Assembly (NCBI GenBank): GCA_002794465.1
Contig: MTSL01000126.1
Span: 1 to 15,941, forward strand
Direction: 5' to 3'
Length of the DNA: 15,941 bases
From: Paramicrosporidium saccamoebae KSL3
Taxonomy: Eukaryota; Fungi; Cryptomycota
A program made the translations under genes and the position numbers. Below the pieces are notes generated by a model, which was given only the letters and a program-made list of their open reading frames with translations, ran no database searches and was not told the origin of the DNA. Every line of letters begins with the position of its first letter. Positions within the stretch are counted from its first letter, which is position 1. Positions 1 to 8,895 of the stretch are shown one piece after another.

Positions 1-11
1 TCCAATAGCCC

Positions 12-156
12 TTTTATAGTCTCCCGAGTTGCATAGTAATAATCCTCAAATGATAAGATATAGATCTCTTTATCCTTCATCGATTGTTCTGATTATCTCT
101 TCTCCAAACTAGGGAACTATTTCTAAAAGACATGCTAATCAGTCCTCTACGTCACA
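12..156. repeat. Dispersed ~145-bp repeat, copy 1
   Basis: Ungapped hand alignment to 6596-6740 gives 130/145 identities (15 mismatches, 12 of them transitions). Flanks differ on both sides. Confidence 0.95.
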
Positions 157-308
157 CCAGCATATCATTGATTAATTCGGCTCAAATGGCGATCCCACAA
201 GCCATTCCAACCACATTAAGGGTGGCTACCTATAAGGAAGCCATACACTTTAATAAAAAGCAATTCACCCATCAACAGTAGTATCTATCTGCTCTAATCT
301 AAACATTC

Positions 309-313
309 AAAAA
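309..313 (-). terminator. RNA polymerase III terminator (T5) of tRNA-Leu
   Basis: TTTTT on the minus strand 4 nt after the discriminator base. Confidence 0.75.
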
Positions 314-317
314 GATG

Positions 318-401
318 TGTCACCAGTGGGATTCGAACCCACGCCCCCTTACGGAGACAGCATCTTGAGTGCTGCGTCTTAGACCGCTCGACCATAGTGA
401 C
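318..401 (-). tRNA. trnL-CAA: tRNA-Leu, anticodon CAA, intronless, long variable arm
   Basis: Minus strand reads GTCACTA-TGGTCGAGCGGTCTAAGAC-GCAGCA-CTCAAGA-TGCTGT-CTCCGTAAGGGG-GCGTGGGTTCGAATCCCAC-TGGTGAC-A. Acceptor stem, D arm, anticodon loop CT-CAA-GA and T arm GGTTCGAATCC are all present; CCA is not encoded. Confidence 0.97.
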
Positions 402-666
402 CGTACTAGGGGACCCGTAATAATAGTATATGTAAGGAAAATTCATAGTAGTAATATGTGAGGTGAGTAGTAGCGATCCTTTTTAATATAATCGGGATTT
501 GCAGTAGTGATTCGTAATAATAATATTTGCTTATGATTGGCGGTCTATAAAGGCGCCTTTAATTAACATCTACTCTCGTGTACTAATAGTCCACTATATT
601 TGGTCACTATTCATGTGCTATACTCTCTCATAATATATAAACCTGTGAAGCTAATACATGAAACAT

Positions 667-1779
667 CTACTTTAATAAGCTTGTAATGGGGAATGGGTCT
701 TTCTGACTCAGAACAAGAGTAGACTTTTCCTGAGATATATATCCCCTAACAAGCCCCCGCTCAATCAAATTTGCAATGTAGCATGCAATCTCGTCTACTG
801 ACAATCCAACTGCTGTAGGAAGGGTGGTGAGCTGCATTCTCGAATTGGATCCAGCCAACAAAAAGATTTTCCTTACAAGGTTGCGCCACCCGAAGAGGAT
901 TAACTTTTCCCAGAGCAGAAAAGTACCTAGACGTAGAAGGGTGCCTTCGCTGGACGTAATCAATTCCTGATACTGGCTCAAATCGCCACTTTTGAGCGCC
1001 GCCAGGGCGGATACATAGAAGGAATGGTCCAGACCATATCGCTTTAGTAACTCTCCAGATGGTCTCAGTCCCCGCAATAGGACACGCAGTGGGATCAGAT
1101 AATGCAATATTAACTGCTTGTTATGGAATGCATCCACTGGACAATGCTCAAACGCCACCAGCAGTTCCGCCTCGGATCGAGAATATTCGCCATTTACAAA
1201 GTAGTATCGGCCCAGCAAGTACTTGAACTCGACTAGATGGGCCTTTGGATATCGTTCTGCTCCAGGCAAATCTGCTGCCCCCACGGCTCTGAGCACATTG
1301 CCACACAGATTCAGCTGATCCAATTTGAAATAGACTCGGAACAGCATTGCCATCATGCGGTATGCGCCCCATTTTCGAGACTCTCTCAATAGTTGCCGGT
1401 CGGTGAGACAAATGGTGACTGATTTGTTGAGGAGACGGGCGCATTCCTGTTGTTCTGCCTCAGGGAGTTGGAAGGCGAGGACGAGAAGTGTATGGTTCAG
1501 AAGATAAAAGACGGGAAGTATCCAGCGCGTGCAGGAGAGCGAGAGACGATGCAGAATTTGTACCAAGACGACTTGTTCGCCAAATGCGCCAGATACTCCT
1601 CCCGAGGTCATATGGGTAGCAACTCGCAGATGGGCCGAAAGAAGGTCGCACCACAGTCCCGGCAGAACATTTAGTCTTCCCTCACCGTTAATAGTGTTTT
1701 CAAGCTTTAGTAAATTGGCTAATTGTGTCCCATCTTCCTGTTCAATGCAACAGGCAATTCGCTCCAGATACTTTATCAT
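667..1779 (-). CDS. CSN12: PCI-domain protein of the PCID2/Csn12/Thp1 family (~370 aa, no intron detected)
   Basis: Family-like blocks: [35 protein letters not shown] and C-terminal winged-helix [22 protein letters not shown]. The start is placed at ATG 1779 (MIKYL) because the longer ORF start at 1878 overlaps LSM1 exon 1. The start is inferred. Confidence 0.85.
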   Translation of the reverse strand: MIKYLERIACCIEQEDGTQLANLLKLENTINGEGRLNVLPGLWCDLLSAHLRVATHMTSGGVSGAFGEQVVLVQILHRLSLSCTRWILPVFYLLNHTLLVLAFQLPEAEQQECARLLNKSVTICLTDRQLLRESRKWGAYRMMAMLFRVYFKLDQLNLCGNVLRAVGAADLPGAERYPKAHLVEFKYLLGRYYFVNGEYSRSEAELLVAFEHCPVDAFHNKQLILHYLIPLRVLLRGLRPSGELLKRYGLDHSFYVSALAALKSGDLSQYQELITSSEGTLLRLGTFLLWEKLILFGWRNLVRKIFLLAGSNSRMQLTTLPTAVGLSVDEIACYIANLIERGLVRGYISQEKSTLVLSQKDPFPITSLLK

Positions 1780-1834
1780 CACTTGTAACCGAAGCCACAA
1801 CCACAACTGCACCGGCAACAGCGACCCCAGCAGA

Positions 1835-2298
1835 ATGGAAAGTGCCGTCCCAGGAGCCAACAACCTCACCGAACTCATCGATAGTATCCTCTACTAAACT
1901 CTTTCGTGACATTTTTGTAGGACGACTACTCGTGGTGCTACGAGATGGACGAAAACTGTATGGAATCCTGAGGTCCTACGACCAGTTTGGCAATATTGTC
2001 CTCGGCGACACCATCGAACGGTATTATGTCGACCTAGAGTATTCAGAGGAGCACCTTGGGATATTTCTCGTCCGTGGCGAGAACATTGTCCTGCTTGGTG
2101 AAATTGTACATTTCCGCAGTGGACTGATTGTAGGACGAGGACGAGTTCAAGAGTGTCAGTCGACGGATGAGTCGGTTCAAGAGGCCGCTGGAACAGTTCA
2201 TGCCGCAGTATCGAGAGGTCAGGAGGGTGGAAGGACAGGCCAAACTATTGGCACAACAGTTTGGTGCGACAGACATGGCCGAATACGATGCTTATTAA
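1835..2298 (+). CDS. LSM1: Sm-like protein Lsm1 (132 aa); exons 1835-1883, 1921-2105, 2134-2298
   Basis: Spliced product [44 protein letters not shown]...[21 protein letters not shown]...YDAY has Sm1 and Sm2 motifs in the Lsm1 pattern. GT-AG introns of 37 and 28 nt restore the frame. Confidence 0.93.
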
Positions 2299-2436
2299 TA
2301 AACGGCAGTATTGGGAAACAGTAGCCGGGTAATTGTTATGTAGGCAAGTGTGGAAAAAAGAGTCAGAGAGGAGGAGCGGAAAGGTTGACACTTCAGCATA
2401 TATATACGTTGAAATCGTTATGGAGACTGTCTGGAT

Positions 2437-3557
2437 TTAGGATTTGTCTTTATTTAGACGATCCAGCACCTTGTTTACCTGACGTACCTGTCTGTCCAAT
2501 TTCTGACGCTCTTTATGTGCGCGTTCCTTTTTAGTAACAGTCCTGTGAGCTTCGTCGTCGTCAGAATCATGTCCCGGATAGCATTCGTCATAGTCATCCA
2601 ACATTGGCGTCTTGGCAATCCCATCAGTGGCAATCTTTCGAAGCGATTCGGGTAAGAGGTCTTGGGGAATCTCTTTGGCCGTGTCAAACAGTACCGGCTT
2701 GTCAACAGGTTCGCTCCTCTGACGAGCCTCAAAGACATATTCCTCTAAATTGGGGAAAATGTCCTCAACCGCGTCAACATCCAGACTCGGGATCGATTTC
2801 TTTGCTTTGGGCAGAATCGCCTTTTGGACAGTTTCATAAAATCCCGGTGGCTCTGAGAGGGACTCTTCTCGTTTGCCTCGGACTAATGTGCGCACGATCG
2901 ACTTTCCCTCGTCAAATAAATAGGCCATTCTTCCTGGAATAAAGCTCTCCACCCTTTCTTTAGATAATGTTTGGGCCTCGGTTGCAATCATTTTGTACAC
3001 ATTCTCTGCCATTTTGGATCGGAAGATTGGCTGCTTTTCCCCATGTTTAATCGTTCCCTTTAGTTTGCGAGCCTCTTCCATGTCTAGCGCCACCGTCTCA
3101 GTCTCCTCTTTGGGTTCACCTCTTGTTGGACTCCACGATTCTTCCTCCCTTAGTCGCTTGGTCTCTTGTCTGACTACGTTTCTCCTTTCAGCAGCACGAT
3201 CGACGTATTCTTCCTCTTTTGCAAAGATGGGCCTGTCGGGAGCTGATTCTTTTGCTCCCTTCACCATCTTTCCGCCTCTACCACTGCTCATTCTGGGAAC
3301 TGTCAGTCCGTCTGCATGTGGTGTCATCCTACATATTTGTCAGCAAAGCACGCCATGGTACACAACGGATGTAAACGACCGGGTGGATGCTGCAACAGCT
3401 CGAGGAGTCATCATTAGCTTGCGCGCTTCGACGGCGTCAACAGCACCGGCTGGTCGTTTCTTTGGCAATTGTGGGACTTTGAAACCGTCGGGTGCCTTGG
3501 GGTTTGTATATTCTACAATGTCCAGAACAAAGTAGACCGCTTACCATTGTCTCCCAT
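2437..3557 (-). CDS. IK: Protein RED/IK homologue (spliceosomal B-complex factor); exons 3557-3545, 3512-3362, 3328-2437
   Basis: Spliced N-terminus MGDNEYTNPKAPDGFKV...ARKLMMTPRA resembles RED NPLAPDG...FRKLLMTPRA. Also EYVDRAAERR, FRSKMAENVYKM, FIPGRMAY, DDYDECYPG and KLDRQVRQV. Introns are 32 nt (3544-3513, GTAAGC..TAG) and 33 nt (3361-3329). Confidence 0.88.
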
Positions 3558-3581
3558 GGCCGGCCCTAGTAATCTCGGAGC

Positions 3582-4508
3582 ATGGCCGAGTCAAAGACCT
3601 CTTCCAGCGTACAATCCGATAATCGTTTTCATGCATAGGCCATCACGAGCGTGGTGAACGGCGGATTAGCAGGCGTAGCAGCTCGAACAGTCTCTTCTCC
3701 TATCGACTTGCTAAAGATACGCTTCCAGCTTCAGGCCGGCAATCAATACAGCTCTATCCTCGGCGCTGTGCGTAGTGTGATTCGCGAAGAGGGTCCCTTG
3801 GGGTTCTGGAAGGGGAACATGGCCGGCCTTTGGCTGTATGCGTCTTATTCTGCTGTGCAGTTTAGCATTTATGAGAAGATTAAAGGCAAGCTTGGACACG
3901 TACTCGATGCGGCCGGTTACTGAGTAGTCTAGGGAACGGTGGGATCGGCAAGCGTTGGAGCAACGGCAGCCTTGGGAGGAACGCTGATTAGTTATCCATT
4001 CGATCTAATACGGACACGCCACTCGATTCAGCAGACCCATCAACGCCATTATCGAAGCATCTATCAGACTATTGACGTTATCATCCGCGAAGAGGGCCCA
4101 CGCGGTCTTTACAAGGGAATGGGCCCATCTCTGGCCCAAGTAGTGCCCTATATGGGAATCGTCTTTGCCGCCTATGAGCGATCCAAAAGGACTCTACTGG
4201 CTGCTCAGGTGACTGAGAACACGGCCAACGTTCTCTCTGGCATGATCTCTGGATTTGTCAGCAAGCTAATAATGATGCCCGTAGATGTGATTCGCAAACG
4301 ACTGCAAATCCAGGGTTCACAATACCGTGTTTATATTCTAAAAGACCTCCCCATCTACAATGGATTTTTCGATTGCATCAAGAGTATTTGGAGAGTAGAG
4401 GGGCCGAGGGGCTTCTTTTCTGGCCTATCATTGGCCCTGTTAAAGTCTGTGCCTGCCACAACCACAACATTTCTCGTGTATGGCTTTTTGAAAAGCTTGC
4501 AATCCTAA
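3582..4508 (+). CDS. TPC1: Mitochondrial carrier, most like thiamine pyrophosphate carrier Tpc1/SLC25A19 (287 aa); exons 3582-3608, 3639-3899, 3933-4508
   Basis: Three carrier signatures (PIDLLKIRFQLQ, PFDLIRTR, PVDVIRKRLQ) plus EEGPLGFWKG and YSAVQF, typical of the TPC clade. Introns of 30 and 33 nt join the two track ORFs in frame. Substrate assignment is from recalled similarity. Confidence 0.85.
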
Positions 4509-4544
4509 ATCAAAGGGAAATAAATTGTCAAGTTCCACTGGGGG

Positions 4545-6373
4545 ATGGACAATAGATACAGACTTCGATGTGGCAGAGTGCTGGATGTCGATGAAATTCG
4601 AAGCGTTAAAAATCTGCATCGAGAACCTCAAGACGGCGCAGAAGGCGCTGCAGACTTGCATCCCAGCTACTCTTGGCTGCCCAACTTGATTCCAGGACCG
4701 ACTGACTCTCCCGTCTCGTTCATAGTAGTGGACTTGTTTGCGGGAGAGGTTAACTTTGACCAGTTTGAAAGCTTTGAGCAGCTGTGGAGCCAACATGCGC
4801 TTGTAACATCCGAACTGGGTGTATCCCCCGCAGTATGGAGGTCCAGCATTATTGTTGCCATCCAAGGCGAGGCCATTGTTTCGAAACATGTATATCCGGG
4901 CATTGGCTGATTCGGTAGGCTTCTCAAGTGAGGAATTTCCTTGAATACCTTGGTTTAACGTCGATCATTATTTGGGGAGTGTCTCGTATTCCCATTGAAC
5001 AAGCAGTTTCTTGGATCAATGAAACATTTCTTACTGTCTACCTGGATGTGGATATCCCCCTATGGCGTCAAATCTACCACCAAGTCCCCAGGGGACGTGC
5101 ATTGGCACAGTTTGACCAGTTGGTTCGTCTTGGAAACGTAAACGAGTGGATCGCTAATGATCTTGGGATGTTTAGCATCAAGACTGATGATTTCATGGTT
5201 GGTGCCAATTGCACTGCTGATGACTTCATGGTTGGTGGTAATTGCACTGCAATTTCCTTGCCGCATAATCCTCGAAAAGTGCTAGAAAGACTGCTATTAC
5301 AAGAAACCCCCAGTGTTATGAAATTCACCAATTCCCTAGTGTCCGAGTGCACCAAGTACTGTAAGAAGACTATCGGCGCGGCAGGGCCAAAGCCATATAT
5401 TGATACGGTCGCTGGTTGCCTTGAAGATGTCTTTCAGACTCCTCTCCAGCCCTTGGCCGATCATCTCTCTGCCGAGACGTATGCTGTTTTTGAACAAGAC
5501 CAAGTCAAATATGAACAATACCGTGAAGCCATTAGGAACGCACTCGATAGGTTGAACTCGCCCACGATTCTCATTGTCGGAGCCGGACGTGGTCCCTTGG
5601 TTGACCAAGTCCTTGATGCGTCGGAGGGATTGAAAGTTCAAATTATTGCCATGGAAAAGAACCCCAGCGCCTATTTGACCCTGAAGGACCGCAACAAGCG
5701 AGATTGGATGGGCAAGGTGAGACTTGTTTTTGGTGATATTCGCCAGGTTGCTGTCTTCAAAGTGGACGTGGTTGTAAGCGAGCTCTTGGGATCCTTTGGA
5801 GACAACGAGTTGGCCCCAGAGTGCATTATAGCGGCGCTAAAGTTTCTGAAAGAAGGCGGAATTATGATCCCCGAGACGTCACATAGTTACATTCAGCCTG
5901 TGACGTACCTGAAATCGCACCGTATTATTGCGCAGCATCCCTTGGGATCTGAGATTGCTGTAAACTCTCCGCACGTTGTATACACCCGAAGCGCCATGAG
6001 TTTAGCCGATCCGCAGCTCGTTTTTAGCTTTAACTATAAAGCGACAGAAGTACCTCCTGCAATTTCGACCAGGATCACGTTCACTATCCAGAGTGCCGGC
6101 TATCTAGATGGATTTCTGGGATACTTTACGTCAAATCTCTTTGGAAAAGTCTCTTTGAGCACTTGTCCCGATGGGCACACTCCCCATATGGCAAGTTGGT
6201 TCCCCATCTTTTTTCCGTACTCTAATCGAGATCGTCGACTATCCCAGGGTGATGTGTTGACAATTGAGTTTTTGCGCATCTCTGATGAGTTTGGCGTGTG
6301 GTATCAGTGGAAAATTAATGACGAATCCTGGTATAACCAGGACGGAAAGTATTACAAAATTAAGCTGCAATAA
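4545..6373 (+). CDS. PRMT5: Type II protein arginine methyltransferase PRMT5/Skb1/Hsl7; exons 4545-4889, 4919-6373
   Basis: QTPLQPLADHLSAETYAVFEQD, motif I IVGAGRGPLV, AMEKNP, double-E loop VSELLGSFGDNELAPEC, SWFPIFFP. A 29-nt intron (GTATAT..GCTGAT..TAG) joins the 4545 ORF to the 4928 ORF frame. Confidence 0.95.
5184..5249 (+). repeat. 33-bp tandem duplication inside PRMT5 (two units, 3 mismatches)
   Basis: ctgatgatttcatggttggtgccaattgcactg followed by ctgatgacttcatggttggtggtaattgcactg, encoding TDDFMVGANCT-ADDFMVGGNCT. Confidence 0.95.
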
Positions 6374-6595
6374 ATGTATATTTTTGCGTACTGGAAAAGG
6401 GAGGCTAGTGCCACGTAGCTTTGTCAGGCGGAAAGTAAACCCTTTTATCTCCAATTGACACATTTTCAGTTTTCTTGACTCTATTCTTGATAATACGTGA
6501 TCATTGTGTCGCGTAGTGGGGATAATACCACGGACTTTGTCACTACTATTTATTTGGGAGGCAAGGGAACTCGTTTATTATCAATTTGTAAGTCA

Positions 6596-6740
6596 TTTTA
6601 TAATCTCTCAAGTTGCATAGTAATAATCCCCAAAGGGTAAGATATAGATCTCATTATCCTTCATCGACTGTTCTGATTGTCCTTTCTCCAAACTAGGGAA
6701 CTATTTCCACAAAACATGCTAATCAGTCTTCTACGTCACA
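6596..6740. repeat. Dispersed ~145-bp repeat, copy 2 (same orientation as copy 1)
   Basis: About 90% identical to 12-156; lies in the convergent gap between PRMT5 and mago nashi. Confidence 0.95.
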
Positions 6741-6789
6741 ATTGGATCCAGTACTTTATAAATATAGCGACTCATGAATACATTACCTT

Positions 6790-6827
6790 ACACATCCATT
6801 ACATTATCCCACACATCCATTACATTA
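6790..6827. repeat. Perfect 17-bp direct repeat acacatccattacatta x2 with a 4-nt spacer
   Basis: Copies at 6790-6806 and 6811-6827, just beyond the mago nashi stop codon. Confidence 0.85.
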
Positions 6828-6836
6828 GATTATATA

Positions 6837-7351
6837 TTATATGGGTTTGACTTTGAAATGCGAGGTTACTAGTGAAAATACAAACGACTTTAGGTCTTGG
6901 ACCAGGTAATAAAAGGCCTTTAGTCCCTCTGGATCCTCGCTCTGCTGCACATCCACCAACGAGCCCAACTTTGCCGTCTAAAATTATACTACAGCCGTCT
7001 GCCTATTTACCGAAAAACGAATATGCTCCTCCCCCATAATCACTTCCAGTTCTTGCTTCCCCACTTTGTCTGGCAATGGCCACATCCGATCATCCTCCAG
7101 CATCACCTCACTCTCCATTAACATCCGACGCAACTCGCTCAACACCAATGGCGACACATGCACCTCTTTGCGAATCATCGAGTCGCGCTTGTAGTTGGAG
7201 TTGTTGGCGTAACGGAGCATGCCGTCGGGGTGGAATTCAAACTCGAGAAATTCATGGCCAAAACGACCAAAATGACCCGTACTATCAGAACATTAGATAC
7301 AAGGAGAAAGCACTACTAATAACGAAGATAAAACTCGGAAGAGGGGTCCAT
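6837..7351 (-). CDS. MAGOH: Mago nashi, exon junction complex core (148 aa); exons 7351-7317, 7281-7011, 6977-6837
   Basis: Spliced product [51 protein letters not shown]...[63 protein letters not shown] matches the family end to end. Introns are 35 and 33 nt. Confidence 0.98.
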
Positions 7352-7519
7352 TACCGCTACCCCTGGATGCAGGAGTAGACTTGTTGTGCATTCTCAACAT
7401 TAGTCTAGCCATAGAGAGAACATTGCAAGGTCGCACTAAAATGAATTTGCAAGCTGATATTATCCAAATCTACGTGTAAAGTCTTGAGAGTATATAGCAA
7501 ATAGAAAGATGCTTGGGTT

Positions 7520-7557
7520 CTGATTGGTGGGGATTCGACAACAACGTCTGATTGGCT
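7520..7557. promoter_or_regulatory. Two CCAAT (NF-Y/Hap-type) boxes in the mago / bHLH-PHD divergent promoter
   Basis: CTGATTGG at 7520-7527 and CTGATTGGCT at 7548-7557 (reverse complement AGCCAATCAG). Motif match only. Confidence 0.4.
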
Positions 7558-7652
7558 ACATAGTCCCAAAGTCGGACCATGATGTCAAGAGCTACCCTGG
7601 AATGGCCGATCACTTTGGTATAAGTAACGTGTGTAAAAGCACCATCTCCTCT

Positions 7653-8393
7653 ATGAGTGGACCCCGAAAGCGCCGTGAAAATCACAACGAAATTGAAAAG
7701 AAACGCCGAGACCAACAGCGCCTAAGGCTGGAAGAGCTTCGTGAGAGTATTCCTCGTCTTCAGGCGGAGCGCCCCTCTGCAGTAAACATCATTATGGAGG
7801 CCATAAACTACATTCGGGAGCTAAACGAGCGGGTCACACAACTGGATGCATTTATCGTGGGGATGGGAAAGGTGCCTCCTGCACAAGTGCAGCGTTATGT
7901 TACTGTGCCGGACCAGCCTCACACCATGCCAGGCGACGTCCTCTTCAGCTACTTACAGACCAAGAATCCACTGGCATATGGAATGCAGGCGGATAAAGGC
8001 TTTAACGCTGGGAGGGCAGGGAGTGGGGACGAGAATACAAATTTGTTTGACCCAGACCAGTACCAGTACCAAGCCACAGGACAGGCCCTTCGCCGTGATT
8101 CAGCAATGCTGCTACCGACTAAAGACCCAAAAACCTTTCTCTTTGGCAAACGAGATAGCATCCAGAATTTATTTACGGGGAGCATGCCCGCCATCTTTCA
8201 CGAAAACGCAATGGCGGATATCCAATGTTCTACCTGTTATCGGGGAGTGGACAATCTCATCATGATTGACTGTGACGGTTGCCATCATTGGTATCATATC
8301 CGGTGTGTGGGGATCGAGTCGCATTCTATTCCTTTACAGTGGAAGTGTGTAAAGTGCATGTCACCTCCTCTAGTGGAAATTACACAGGCTTAG
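7653..8393 (+). CDS. bHLH (Max/Myc/USF-like group B) transcription factor fused to a C-terminal PHD finger
   Basis: Basic region RENHNEIEKKRRD with the H-E-R pattern, then helix-loop-helix LEELRESIP...NIIMEAINYIRELN. C-terminal CSTC-x10-CDGC-x4-H-x2-C-x13-CVKC is a C4HC3 finger. One uninterrupted frame; the start could instead be the in-frame ATG at 7602. Confidence 0.85.
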   Translation: MSGPRKRRENHNEIEKKRRDQQRLRLEELRESIPRLQAERPSAVNIIMEAINYIRELNERVTQLDAFIVGMGKVPPAQVQRYVTVPDQPHTMPGDVLFSYLQTKNPLAYGMQADKGFNAGRAGSGDENTNLFDPDQYQYQATGQALRRDSAMLLPTKDPKTFLFGKRDSIQNLFTGSMPAIFHENAMADIQCSTCYRGVDNLIMIDCDGCHHWYHIRCVGIESHSIPLQWKCVKCMSPPLVEITQA

Positions 8394-8422
8394 TAATTGA
8401 TGATTATATACTAGAGAGAGTA

Positions 8423-8565
8423 AACATTTTTGTTAATCTTCCACCACATATACTTACTTATATGGTTAATGGCCCTTTATTTGAGTCTTTGGCCCGTAAT
8501 TATAGCATTGCACAACATCTGGGTGAACATTTTTGTCAACCTTCCAATATTCTTGTTAATCTCCC
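8423..8565. repeat. Degenerate 20-bp motif x3 (8423-8442, 8526-8545, 8546-8565)
   Basis: aacatttttgttaatcttcc / aacatttttgtcaaccttcc / aatattcttgttaatctccc. Confidence 0.75.
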
Positions 8566-8895
8566 AACCCAGCAGAGCCTGTGAGTTATGTACTAGAGAA
8601 TAAAAGTCTGTTGATGGGCGTATAAGTCTCATTAAGGTATGTGGCATATAGGCAGCGTCCTTAATAGGACAGGAACGGACTGTGGGATCGTTACCTGTAT
8701 CGGACCCAACACTAACAAGAAGATAATATTTAGCAGAACCTCTACTACAAGCCTCTCAGCTACGCTCTCGCGCGCTAACAGAGCCTCTACACCACTCATA
8801 GGCCGCATAATTGGCGCCATTCCAAATGGGGTAATGTTCTATAATGCTCCATTGCCATGGTATAAAAAGGTCCACGGGCGCATGAATGCTGCAGA

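Noticed and set aside
49-92. Possible box C/D snoRNA in repeat copy 1 (ATGATAA...CTGA)
   Set aside because: The C-box-like sequence is imperfect, is lost in copy 2 (GGGTAA), and the spacing is too short.
5184-5249. PRMT5 33-nt duplication as a canonical intron
   Set aside because: No AG acceptor at any register that removes one unit.
7524-7652. ORF-track N-terminal extension of the bHLH-PHD gene from GTG 7524 (likewise GTG/TTG starts at 3651, 3939, 4928, 12487, 13057)
   Set aside because: Non-ATG starts come from a bacterial-style ORF caller; splicing or a nearby ATG explains each case.
8423-8565. CRISPR-like interpretation of the short repeats
   Set aside because: Eukaryotic context, degenerate units, irregular spacing and no cas genes.
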